This document shows, in pieces, positions 1 to 8,899 of a DNA stretch of 64,000 bases; within the stretch, counting starts at the first letter, position 1; each line of letters starts with the position of its first letter. Source of the stretch: an uncultured Spirochaetaceae bacterium (GTDB lineage Bacteria > Myxococcota_A > UBA9160 > UBA4427); NCBI GenBank assembly GCA_964435795.1, contig CAYTAT010000003.1, positions 128,981-192,980 on the forward strand. Reading direction: 5' to 3'. The translations under genes and the position numbers were made by a program. The notes under the pieces are model-generated. The model saw only the letters and a program-made list of their open reading frames with translations. It was not told the DNA's origin and made no database searches.

Positions 1-434
1 ACCCGCCCCGGGATGTCCCCCCCGGCGGTCAACATGACCAGATCCGCGCCGCTCTCGGCTTTCAAGCGCCGCATCTCCTCGAGCGTCCCGGCCCGCAGAA
101 GTGGCGTATCCCCGTAGAGGACGAAGACATCGCCCTCGAAATCCTTCAAGGTGGTCCGGGCGGCCAACACGGCGTGTCCGGTCCCGAGTTGCTCGGCCTG
201 CACGACGAATTCGGCCTCCTCGCCGTAGGCCTCGCGAACGGCCTCCCCATCGCGACCCACGACGACGACCACGCGATCCGCCTTCAACTCCGACGCGACG
301 TTCCGGATATGGCCGAGCATCGGAACCCCACAGACTTCGTGCAGAACCTTGGCGCGCGCGGAGCGCATCCGTGTGCCTTTTCCGGCGGCCAGCACGACAA
401 CCGCGAGTCCATGAGCGACTCGGCTCCCCGCCAT
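1..434 (-). CDS. glmU: N-terminal (uridyltransferase) part of bifunctional GlmU; 3' end runs off the window
   Basis: Own translation of minus strand from ATG (432-434): MAGSRVAHGLAVVVLAAGKGTRMRSARAKVLHEVCGVPMLGH...EQLGTGHAV...VLYGDTPLL. LAAGKGTRM, QLGTGHA and YGDxPLL are GlmU-type nucleotidyltransferase motifs. Absent from ORF track because no stop lies inside the window. Confidence 0.7.
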   Translation of the reverse strand, partial: MAGSRVAHGLAVVVLAAGKGTRMRSARAKVLHEVCGVPMLGHIRNVASELKADRVVVVVGRDGEAVREAYGEEAEFVVQAEQLGTGHAVLAARTTLKDFEGDVFVLYGDTPLLRAGTLEEMRRLKAESGADLVMLTAGGDIPGR

Positions 435-547
435 CCAAGCGTCTCCCTTCGTATCGATCTCGAAGGGCGAAAAAATCTTTTCGCCCCTGATCTTCCTATC
501 GGAACTTCCGGTTCCCGAGAGAAGCGAGATTAACCCCGATATGCGAT

Positions 548-2371
548 TTGCAAACGCGACCCTCGATCAAAGCGCTGTTCCCCCTGGGAAATCAGTCGGC
601 CGCCCGGCGGATCGCTTGCCCAAACGGGGCTTGCCCCCTACGCTCACTTCTCCCTGAATCCCCCTCGACCCCAACCCCGGAGCCTGCCATTCAGGTCTTT
701 GGAAATACCCGCGGGCTGAAAGCTCGCCAGGTGCAATTGCTGGAGCGGATGTTCGCGCGAAGGCTTCCGGCCGATCGGCTCCTCGGCCAGGAATTCGCTC
801 GCCAACTCGCCCAGATCAGCCGCGAGATCCGGCGCCAGGTCGGAGTTCTCGCGGATCGGCGCGGCGACGTACAGCACGTGATGGTCGGCGACGCCCGGGC
901 CATCGAATTGCCCGATTGGGGCCGACTGCGGGCGGGGCGCGGGCGCCTCAGAGGGCTCCGTTGCATCCATACCCATCTCGCCGGCGAAGGACTGACCCGG
1001 GACGACCTGACGGATCTCGGGGTTCTGCGACTGGATGCGATGGTCAGCATCGGTGTTTCCGAGGAGGGACTGCCGGAACTGGCCCATACCGCGTTCCTGG
1101 CGCCCGCCAACGAAGACGGCCGCAGCACCATCCTGCTCGATCCGTGCCCGCCTGGAGAACTCGATCTCGACTTCGACCGCTATATCCGGGAACTCGAGAA
1201 TGAACTGTCCCGAGCCACCGGAGCGCATGAGGTCGGAGCCGACGAGCGCGCGCTGCTGGTCTCCGTCACCGCGGGCAGGGATCGGGAAACCCTCGAGATC
1301 CACCTCGCCGAACTCAAGGAATTGGCTCGGGCCGCGGGGGTCGAAGTGGCCGACGTCGTCACCCAGAGCCGCAACCGCCCGGATCCGAAGACCGTGGTCG
1401 GCGCGGGCAAGCTCTCCGACCTGATCATCCGCTGCTTTCAGCAGGATATCGACCTCGTGATCTTCGACCAGGATCTGCAGCCCGCCCAGGCTCGGAATCT
1501 CGCCGATCGCATGGAGTTGAGGGTGATCGATCGAACCCAGTTGATCCTGGACATCTTTGCCCAGCGCGCTTCCACGGCCGACGGGAAGCTCCAGATCGAA
1601 CTCGCACAACTCCGCTACCGCATGCCACGACTCGCCCAGCGCGCCGATCTTTCCCTCTCGCGACTGGCGGGGGGAATCGGCGGAAGAGGGCCCGGCGAAA
1701 GTCGATTGGAAAGCGACCGACGCCGGGTTCGCGACCGCATCACGCGACTCGAGCGCGACCTGAAGCGCCTCTCTTCCCAGCGCGAGGGCCGAAGACGCCG
1801 ACGCGACCGGCGCAGCGTACCCGTGCTTTCGATCGTGGGATATACCAACGCCGGCAAGAGCACGCTGCTCGGAGCTCTCACGCAATCCGCGGTCTTCGTC
1901 GAGGACAAGATGTTCGCGACCCTGGATCCGATTTCGAGACGCCTGCGATTTCCCCGGGAACGCGAGGTCATCATCACCGATACCGTGGGCTTCATTCGCG
2001 ATCTCCCCGGGGATCTGATGGCGGCCTTCCATGCCACCCTGGAGGAAATGCGGGACGCCAGCCTGCTCATCCACCTGGTGGATGCCGGGGCGCCCGACAT
2101 GGAGAGGCGCATCGAAGCCGTGAGAAGCGTCTTGGACGAAATCGGACTCGGCGAAAAGCCCGAATTGCTGGTTTTCAACAAGATCGATCGGATTCCTGCG
2201 GGGGACGAGAAGGCCCTCGAACGCCGTTATGGGGGCGTCAGCGTTTCGGCCCTGAAAAGTCGTGGCCTCAGCGAGTTGTTGGAAAATGCGGAGCAGGTAA
2301 TCTGGGGGCAGCAGCCGGCGGGACGGGACAGGCATTCCCTGCTGGGTGATGAGGCGCGAGGATCCAGCTGA
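548..2371 (+). CDS. hflX: GTPase HflX, long form with about 230-aa N-terminal extension
   Basis: ORF 548..2371. Shows IDRTQLILDIFAQRASTADGKLQIELAQLRY, G1 motif GYTNAGKSTL, FATLDP, DTVGFI and NKID. Start codon uncertain (TTG at 548 is only the longest option). Confidence 0.85.
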   Translation: MQTRPSIKALFPLGNQSAARRIACPNGACPLRSLLPESPSTPTPEPAIQVFGNTRGLKARQVQLLERMFARRLPADRLLGQEFARQLAQISREIRRQVGVLADRRGDVQHVMVGDARAIELPDWGRLRAGRGRLRGLRCIHTHLAGEGLTRDDLTDLGVLRLDAMVSIGVSEEGLPELAHTAFLAPANEDGRSTILLDPCPPGELDLDFDRYIRELENELSRATGAHEVGADERALLVSVTAGRDRETLEIHLAELKELARAAGVEVADVVTQSRNRPDPKTVVGAGKLSDLIIRCFQQDIDLVIFDQDLQPAQARNLADRMELRVIDRTQLILDIFAQRASTADGKLQIELAQLRYRMPRLAQRADLSLSRLAGGIGGRGPGESRLESDRRRVRDRITRLERDLKRLSSQREGRRRRRDRRSVPVLSIVGYTNAGKSTLLGALTQSAVFVEDKMFATLDPISRRLRFPREREVIITDTVGFIRDLPGDLMAAFHATLEEMRDASLLIHLVDAGAPDMERRIEAVRSVLDEIGLGEKPELLVFNKIDRIPAGDEKALERRYGGVSVSALKSRGLSELLENAEQVIWGQQPAGRDRHSLLGDEARGSS

Positions 2372-2408
2372 AGTTTCATCAGTGGGATTTTTTGGGGGGG
2401 CGGGATCG

Positions 2409-3422
2409 GTGAATCGAGTCGTACGAGCGAAAATCGTCGGAACGGGTATGTGCGTGCCGGATCGCGTCGTCAGCAACCACGAGTTGGCCGAGTTGATGGA
2501 CACCAGCGACGAGTGGATTCAACAGCGTACCGGCATCCGCGAGCGGCGCTTCATTTCGCCGGGCCAGATGCCGGCGGATCTCGCCCAAGCCGCCTGCGAG
2601 CAGGCCCTCGAATCGGCCCAACTCGAGGTCGCAGATATCGACTTCATCCTGCTGGCCACCCTTTCCGCACAGCATGAATTTCCCGGGACCTCCTTCTTTC
2701 TTCAACATCAGCTGAAGGCCGGGGAGATCCCCTGCATTGATCTGCGGGCCCAATGCAGCGGCTTTCTATACGCCCTGAATTTTGCCGATGGCCTGATCTG
2801 TTCGGGGAAATCAAAGCGAGTCCTGGTGGTGGGCTGCGAAGTCCAATCCACGGGAATCGATCTCAGTACCGAGGGACGCGACGTCGCCGTGCTCTTTGGA
2901 GACGGGGCGGGAGCGGTCGTCCTCGAAGCCAACGAGGAGGAGGAAAACTCCTCGGGAATTCTCGAGATCAAGCTGCACGCGGAAGGCGGACACGCGAAAA
3001 AACTCTGGATCGAAGCACCCTCTTCGGGTCATATGCCATGCCGACTCAGCACGCAGATGGTCGATGAGAAGCGCCACTTCCCGCATATGGAGGGAAGGCA
3101 GGTATTCAAACATGCCGTGACCCGAATGCCCCAGGTGCTCGGTGAGGCCCTGGCTTCGGCGAGCATCAAGATCGAAGACGTCGGACTCTTCCTCTTCCAC
3201 CAGGCCAATCTGCGCATCAACGAATTCGTGGCCCAGAAATTGGAGATCCCACCGGAAAAGATCTTCAGCAACATCGAGCGCTTCGGCAACTGCTCGGCGG
3301 CTTCGATCCCCATGCTTCTGGCTGAGGCGGATCGGGATGGACTCCTGGAGCCGGGCCAGATCGTCACGTTGACGGCGTTCGGATCGGGCTTCACATGGGG
3401 TAGTGCCGTCCTGCGCTGGTAG
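2409..3422 (+). CDS. fabH: 3-oxoacyl-ACP synthase III (KAS III)
   Basis: ORF 2346..3422. AKIVGTGMCVPDRVVSNHELAELMDTSDEWIQQRTGIRERRF and the C-terminal GFGSGFTWGSAVLRW are typical FabH. Start moved to in-frame GTG 2409 to avoid overlap with hflX. Confidence 0.85.
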   Translation: MNRVVRAKIVGTGMCVPDRVVSNHELAELMDTSDEWIQQRTGIRERRFISPGQMPADLAQAACEQALESAQLEVADIDFILLATLSAQHEFPGTSFFLQHQLKAGEIPCIDLRAQCSGFLYALNFADGLICSGKSKRVLVVGCEVQSTGIDLSTEGRDVAVLFGDGAGAVVLEANEEEENSSGILEIKLHAEGGHAKKLWIEAPSSGHMPCRLSTQMVDEKRHFPHMEGRQVFKHAVTRMPQVLGEALASASIKIEDVGLFLFHQANLRINEFVAQKLEIPPEKIFSNIERFGNCSAASIPMLLAEADRDGLLEPGQIVTLTAFGSGFTWGSAVLRW

Positions 3423-3524
3423 GCCGGGCTCAGGGACGGATAACGCATTGCGTCTAATCGGCACCCCCCGGGGTGCGCCGATAAGATACTGAAAAGATTT
3501 ACCTTAATCTTATCGGCCTGCCTA

Positions 3525-3553
3525 TTGACGCATTGACGCGTCGCGTCTATGCT
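3525..3553 (+). promoter_or_regulatory. sigma70-like promoter candidate upstream of phasin gene
   Basis: TTGACG (3525-3530), 17-nt spacer, TATGCT (3548-3553), about 100 nt upstream of the phasin ATG. Confidence 0.4.
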
Positions 3554-3655
3554 GCCCTGCGTCGTAGAGATTGAATCCCGCCTGCGATTCCGATCGAGAG
3601 TGGATTTGCATCTGCGATGAAGAGCAAACACGACAAATATCGAGAAGGAGACCCC

Positions 3656-4045
3656 ATGGCCACCAAGGGCAAGCAAGCAAATCTGGTCGACGAAGGCATC
3701 GATCGCATCCAATCCGCCGTCAAGAGCATCGAAGACGAGGTGCAGCGTGCGCAGAAGAAGCTTGAGCAGAACGCCCAGCGCTTCAGCGACCAGACGGATC
3801 GCAACCTCGAGAAACTCCGCGATCAGTTCGCCAAGAGTCCCCTCGGCAAGAGCACGGAATCCCTTCGCAGCAACATCAACGACCAGCTCGAAGAGGGGCT
3901 CGAAAGATTTCTGGGCACCTTCCAGATCGCCTCTCGCAACGAGATCGCCAAACTCGACCGCAAGCTCGGACGCATCAGTCGCCGTCTGACGGCTCTCGAC
4001 AAGGCGGTCCAGCAGAACGGAAGCACCGCACCATCTCCTGAGTAG
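3656..4045 (+). CDS. phasin-family / PHA-granule-associated coiled-coil protein
   Basis: ORF 3617..4045. AAGGAG lies 6 nt before ATG 3656. Charged coiled-coil sequence ending FQIASRNEIAKLDRKLGRISRRLTALDK resembles the C-terminal motif of TIGR01837-type phasins as I recall it. Confidence 0.5.
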   Translation: MATKGKQANLVDEGIDRIQSAVKSIEDEVQRAQKKLEQNAQRFSDQTDRNLEKLRDQFAKSPLGKSTESLRSNINDQLEEGLERFLGTFQIASRNEIAKLDRKLGRISRRLTALDKAVQQNGSTAPSPE

Positions 4046-4099
4046 ATCCATCCCCCCGGAGCCCCATCAGCAGGCTCCCCACTCCCATCCGTGAGAAGG

Positions 4100-4133
4100 G
4101 ACCCGGCAACCTCGTTGCCGGGTCTTTGCGTTT
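4100..4133 (+). terminator. intrinsic terminator after phasin gene
   Basis: Perfect 11-bp stem GACCCGGCAAC / GTTGCCGGGTC (4100-4110, 4114-4124) followed by TTTGCGTTT. Confidence 0.75.
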
Positions 4134-4181
4134 CACCAGGCCTCCTCCTACCCCCGAGCCGCCGGGAAACCGGACCGCCCT

Positions 4182-5474
4182 CTAGGACTGGCCCCAGTCG
4201 CGTTCGAGTCTCACGTCGAAACGATCCCGATAGAATTCCAGCGCGCGGCGGCGCTCCTCGGCAGCCAGGCCAAAATCTGCCAGGTCGTATCCGATTCGGC
4301 CGTGTTTTCCACGGGGATGTGCCCGCATGAAGGCCTGCATGGCCTCCCGGGAGCGAGGGCCAAGCTCCTGATCGGCCAGGCGGTAGATCCCCTCGACGGT
4401 CCCGAGATCGTCGGCCATGAATTCATCGAAGAGAATGTCCACGGACTGCCCTGCGGGCAACTCTTCCCGATCCTCGACGCAACTGCGCAACAGCTGCTCG
4501 ACCCGCTCGGCCCAATAGGCCGCTACGGACGCGGGCTCCACTGGATCCCGTGAAAGACGGGCGCTGTAGACCATCATGGTCAGAAAGGATGCCGTAATCG
4601 CAACCGGATCCCGATGGGTCAGGACGAAAGTCGCATCGGGAAAAACGCGTCTGAGCGGGCCGAATTGTTCGAGATGCTGGGGGGATTTGAGAATCCAGCG
4701 CTTTCCTCCCCGCAGAAATTGCAGAACCTGGAGAACGCGTTTCAGATAGGCGTAGAAGGCCGTCTGGTCGGTCGCGAGATAGTATTCCCGCCAGCTTTCG
4801 GAGAGGGCCAGGGTCTCGAAGAACATCGTAGAACCCGCGATGGCGAGCAGATGGATCTCCTCGTGAGCGTGGTCTGGCCACATATCGTGCATGCGTTTGA
4901 AGTGGGGCATCATGCGGTCGCGCATCTCGATGCCGACAGCCGATCGCTGCCAACGCGGGTCCACCTCGAAGTCCAGATCTCGTTCGGCGGGGGGGAGTAC
5001 GGGCTCCAGACTCTCCCACCAGGGCAGGTGGCGAAGCTGGGGATCGGCCGAGATCAGGTTATGGAGATGCGTCGTCCCCGTTCGAGGAAGTCCGGCGATG
5101 ATGATCGGTTTCTCGACCTCGATATTCGCGATCTCCGGATTCTCTTTCCACGCTTCCTCGATCAGAAGTCGATTCTTCAGGAATTGAGTCAGCTGATTCC
5201 AGACCGTGACCTCACCCATGGGAGAGAGCGCTGCCTCTCGCCTGGCCCCCTCGATGAAGATGCGCAGCGGTTCGCTGTAGATATCCTCTCCGAAATCATC
5301 GAGTCCGATTTCCGTGGCTGCCGCTTCGAGCGCGGCATCGAGTGACCATGGAATAGCGGCCGCCATCGGGGCCATCGCGGACATCATCTGACGAACATCA
5401 TCCGAAAATTCCGGGTTCGCAAAATCGGGGATTCGAATATCCGCCGGACGCTCTGGAGTCGTTTTTTCGGCCAT
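4182..5474 (-). CDS. sulfotransferase family protein
   Basis: ORF 4182..5474. The 5'-PSB-like loop IIIAGLPRTGTTHLHNLIS is typical of bacterial Sulfotransfer_3-type proteins. Confidence 0.8.
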   Translation of the reverse strand: MAEKTTPERPADIRIPDFANPEFSDDVRQMMSAMAPMAAAIPWSLDAALEAAATEIGLDDFGEDIYSEPLRIFIEGARREAALSPMGEVTVWNQLTQFLKNRLLIEEAWKENPEIANIEVEKPIIIAGLPRTGTTHLHNLISADPQLRHLPWWESLEPVLPPAERDLDFEVDPRWQRSAVGIEMRDRMMPHFKRMHDMWPDHAHEEIHLLAIAGSTMFFETLALSESWREYYLATDQTAFYAYLKRVLQVLQFLRGGKRWILKSPQHLEQFGPLRRVFPDATFVLTHRDPVAITASFLTMMVYSARLSRDPVEPASVAAYWAERVEQLLRSCVEDREELPAGQSVDILFDEFMADDLGTVEGIYRLADQELGPRSREAMQAFMRAHPRGKHGRIGYDLADFGLAAEERRRALEFYRDRFDVRLERDWGQS

Positions 5475-5477
5475 TGT

Positions 5478-5900
5478 CTAATCCGAAGCCTGCGAGTAGC
5501 CCAACTCGCCCAGAGCGGCCCGAAGCGTCTCGGCTTCAGCGGCCAGCACTTCGTTCGCGACCCCTGGATCGGCGTTGTGAAAGTCCAGATCCGTGGGGCC
5601 CCAGATCGGTGCCACGTGGATATGAACGTGGGGCACTTCGAGTCCCAATACGACCATGCCCACCTTTTCCGGCTGATAGGCCGCCTGAATCGCCCGGCCC
5701 ACCGATTGGGCCACGCTGAAGAGATGCGCGACGAGTTCGGGCTCGAGATCGAGCCAATGATCCACCTCCGCTCGAGGGACGACCAGGGTATGGCCCCGAT
5801 TCAGGGGCGCGATCGAAAGAAAGCCCACGGCGAGTTCATCTCGCCAGACGAAATGCCCGGGCAGAGAACCCTCGATGATCTGCGTAAAAACACTGGCCAT
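5478..5900 (-). CDS. HIT (histidine triad) family protein
   Basis: ORF 5478..6044 trimmed to ATG 5900 (MASVFTQIIEG...). Histidine triad HVHIHV is present. Confidence 0.85.
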   Translation of the reverse strand: MASVFTQIIEGSLPGHFVWRDELAVGFLSIAPLNRGHTLVVPRAEVDHWLDLEPELVAHLFSVAQSVGRAIQAAYQPEKVGMVVLGLEVPHVHIHVAPIWGPTDLDFHNADPGVANEVLAAEAETLRAALGELGYSQASD

Positions 5901-6242
5901 GCCTACCTCCAGAAGCGGGAAACGATCCAGACCATACCTCGCTCCAGAGGCGCTCGGACACTGCTCGGAAACCCGCCGGGAATCGCCCCGACCGGGCGGG
6001 ACATTCCGGCGCGAGAACGACCCGAGGAGCCGCGCCCAGCACAATTGGGTCGGATTTCGAATCTGGGATTCGCCTCGGATTCGAGCTAGGCTCGGCGACG
6101 ATCTGGATGGCCGAAACCCTTGCCCGAGCGCCGAAATATCGGAGCGCGCGAAGCCCCGCCTTTACGGGAAATCGGGGATTTCAGGCCCATGGGAGGCCCA
6201 TGGGAACGAGCCTCCGGACGAACAAGCAGAAGATGGGAGACA

Positions 6243-7430
6243 ATGATGGGTCGGAAAGTTTACGTGGTCGGTGTTGGCATGACGAAATTCGAGAAGCCCG
6301 GTGGCCGGGACTGGGATTATCCCGACATGGCGCGTGAGGCGGGAAACCGGGCGTTGGAAGACGCGGGCCTGACCCTCGCCGATATCGAGCAGGCGGCCGT
6401 CGGCTACTGCTACGGGGATTCGACGAGTGGGGAAAGGGCATTCTACGAATTGGGCCATTCCGGAATCCCGATCTACAACGTCAACAACAACTGCTCCACG
6501 GGTTCCACCGCACTCTTCATGGCCAAGCAATTCGTGGAGGGGGGGTTGGCCGACTGCGTGATGGCCCTCGGCTTTGAGAAGATGGAAAAGGGCTCCCTCG
6601 GCATCAAATATACCGATCGAACGATGGCCCTCGATAAACACGTGAAGATCATGGTCGACGAACGGGGCTTCGGAAAGGCACCCGTGGCGCCCCAGATGTT
6701 CGGCAATGCGGGCATCGAGCATAATGAGAAATATGGAACAACACCCGAACACTTCGCCAAGATCGCCTACAAGAATCACCTCCACTCGGTCAACAATCCC
6801 TATTCACAATTCAGGGACGAATACTCGCTGGAAGACATCAAGAATTCGCCCCAGATCTTTGGACCGCTCACGAAACTCCAATGCTGCCCGACCTCGGACG
6901 GCTCCGGAGCCGCCATCCTCGCCAGTGAGGAATTCGTCAAGAAGCAGGGCCTCGAAGATCAGGCCATCGAAATCGCCGGCATGGCGATGACGACCGATTT
7001 CGAGAGTTCCTATGGCGGAAGCATGATCAAGATGGTGGGACAGGATATGACCCGATCGGCTGCCGAGAAGGTCTACGAGGCGTCGGGACTGGGTCCGGAA
7101 GACGTCGACGTCGTGGAATTGCACGACTGCTTCTCCTGCAATGAATTGATCACCTACGAAGGGCTCGGACTCTGCGAAGAGGGCAAGGCCGGTGAGTTCA
7201 TCGATTCGGGAGCCCAGACCTATGGGGGAAAGGTGGTCGTCAATCCCTCGGGAGGATTGATCTCCAAGGGACATCCCCTCGGTGCGACGGGCCTCGCCCA
7301 ATGCGCCGAACTCAGCTGGCAATTGCGCGACAAGGCCGAGAAGCGCCAGGTGGACGGGGCAAAGGTCGGCCTGCAGCACAATCTCGGCCTGGGTGGGGCC
7401 GCGGTCGTCGCCCTCTACCGCAAGGGCTAG
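6243..7430 (+). CDS. thiolase-fold lipid-transfer protein (SCP-x type thiolase)
   Basis: ORF 6120..7430 trimmed to ATG 6243. [20 protein letters not shown]..., [12 protein letters not shown] and [17 protein letters not shown] match SCP2/SCPx-type thiolases. Confidence 0.8.
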   Translation: MMGRKVYVVGVGMTKFEKPGGRDWDYPDMAREAGNRALEDAGLTLADIEQAAVGYCYGDSTSGERAFYELGHSGIPIYNVNNNCSTGSTALFMAKQFVEGGLADCVMALGFEKMEKGSLGIKYTDRTMALDKHVKIMVDERGFGKAPVAPQMFGNAGIEHNEKYGTTPEHFAKIAYKNHLHSVNNPYSQFRDEYSLEDIKNSPQIFGPLTKLQCCPTSDGSGAAILASEEFVKKQGLEDQAIEIAGMAMTTDFESSYGGSMIKMVGQDMTRSAAEKVYEASGLGPEDVDVVELHDCFSCNELITYEGLGLCEEGKAGEFIDSGAQTYGGKVVVNPSGGLISKGHPLGATGLAQCAELSWQLRDKAEKRQVDGAKVGLQHNLGLGGAAVVALYRKG

Positions 7431-7505
7431 GGGGCAGATAGTCTCTCCGGTCACTCATCCCCCAATCCGAAAGGATCCCGGGATGAGTGACCGCGCCGCA
7501 ACCCG

Positions 7506-8897
7506 ATGCGCGAAGACTCCGAAAAGCCCGGGCTTACACCGTTCCGCAAGGCCGTCTTCGGCCTGGGGGACCATTCCGTCAACATCGCGATTTCATCGCT
7601 CTCCCTGGTCTATTTCACCTTCCTGGTGACGGTAGCCGGACTCGATCCATGGCGGGCCGGCTTGATCGCCTGGTTGGCGCGCCTGGTGGATGGAATCACC
7701 GATCCCCTGATGGGAAGGATTTCCGACAGAACGCGCTGGCGACTGGGTCGACGCAGACCCTTCTTCCTGATGGGCATGATCCCCCTCGGAGTCTTCTTCT
7801 CCATGATGTGGATGACGCCTTTCCAGGATCAGGCGGCGATGTTCGTCTACTACCTCAGCGTCTATATCGGCCTCGCACTTTCCATCACGGTGGTATCGGT
7901 CCCCTATATGGCCTTGATCCCCGAAATGGCTTCCGACTATGACGAGCGAACCTCCCTCAATACCTACCGCTCGGCCGCGGCGGTCGGGGGCACAATGGTG
8001 GCGGCCGGGTTCTTCGGCTTCGTGCAATATTTCGGCGGCGGGAGCGAGGGCTTCGGCCTCACCGGCCTGTTGATCGGCATCTGGCTGGTCCTTCCCTGGC
8101 CCTTCGTCTTCCTGGTGAGTTTCGAAAAGAAAGGGACGGCCGCGCCCCCAACGAAGAATCTGCGAATTGCCGCAAAATCCCTTCTCCGACACGGAACCTA
8201 TCTGCGCCTCTGTTTCTTCTATGTCACCGGCCGAATTTCAATGGACCTGCTCGGGCTTTCAATTCCCCTCTTCATCACGATCTGGCTCGGTCGCCCCGAG
8301 GATGTGCATTGGGTTCTGCTCTCGATGCTGACCGTCGTCATCCTCTCCCTGCCCATCTGGCTACGCGTTGCGCGGAAGCGCGAAAAGCACCAGATCTTCG
8401 CAGCTGGATCCATCTGGCTCGCTTCATTCCTGATCGTGGCCGGCCTCGGAGACCCGACGTGGCCACGTTGGACCATCCTGATGCTTTCCGGAATTCTGGG
8501 GATCGGCTACGCGGTGGTGGACCTGATGCCCTGGGCCATGGTGGGCGAGGTGATCGACGAGAATGAATTCGAGTCGGGGGAACGGGCGGATGGAACCTAC
8601 AACGGCACCCTGACCTTTCTGCGCAAGGTGGGCGGAGCCAGCGCCTACATGCTGGCGGGATTCGCGCTTTCCTTCGCGGGCTACGAGCGGGCAGCGAGCG
8701 AGCAGAGCGAAGGGGTCATCCTGACGATTCGCCTCCTCGCCACTCTTTTGCCCGCGCTCTTCCTGCTCCTCGGGCTGCTGGCCGTTCGCGGCTATCCCCT
8801 CACGAGGGAGCGCCACCTGGAAATTCTGGAAGGACTCCGGGGTGGCCGCAGCGGGGAATCATTCGAAAGCGAACGCATCCGAATGCCCGGCGCCTGA
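7506..8897 (+). CDS. MFS transporter, GPH (glycoside-pentoside-hexuronide:cation symporter) type
   Basis: ORF 7506..8897. Multi-TM protein with DGITDPLMGRISDRTRWRLGRRRPF, the GPH family signature region. Confidence 0.75.
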   Translation: MREDSEKPGLTPFRKAVFGLGDHSVNIAISSLSLVYFTFLVTVAGLDPWRAGLIAWLARLVDGITDPLMGRISDRTRWRLGRRRPFFLMGMIPLGVFFSMMWMTPFQDQAAMFVYYLSVYIGLALSITVVSVPYMALIPEMASDYDERTSLNTYRSAAAVGGTMVAAGFFGFVQYFGGGSEGFGLTGLLIGIWLVLPWPFVFLVSFEKKGTAAPPTKNLRIAAKSLLRHGTYLRLCFFYVTGRISMDLLGLSIPLFITIWLGRPEDVHWVLLSMLTVVILSLPIWLRVARKREKHQIFAAGSIWLASFLIVAGLGDPTWPRWTILMLSGILGIGYAVVDLMPWAMVGEVIDENEFESGERADGTYNGTLTFLRKVGGASAYMLAGFALSFAGYERAASEQSEGVILTIRLLATLLPALFLLLGLLAVRGYPLTRERHLEILEGLRGGRSGESFESERIRMPGA

Positions 8898-8899
8898 CC

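Noticed and set aside
644-2503. 619-aa ORF antisense to hflX.
   Set aside because: Shadow ORF typical of high-GC DNA. It has no recognisable motifs and a Gly/Arg/Pro/Ala-rich composition, and it fully overlaps a gene with clear HflX motifs.
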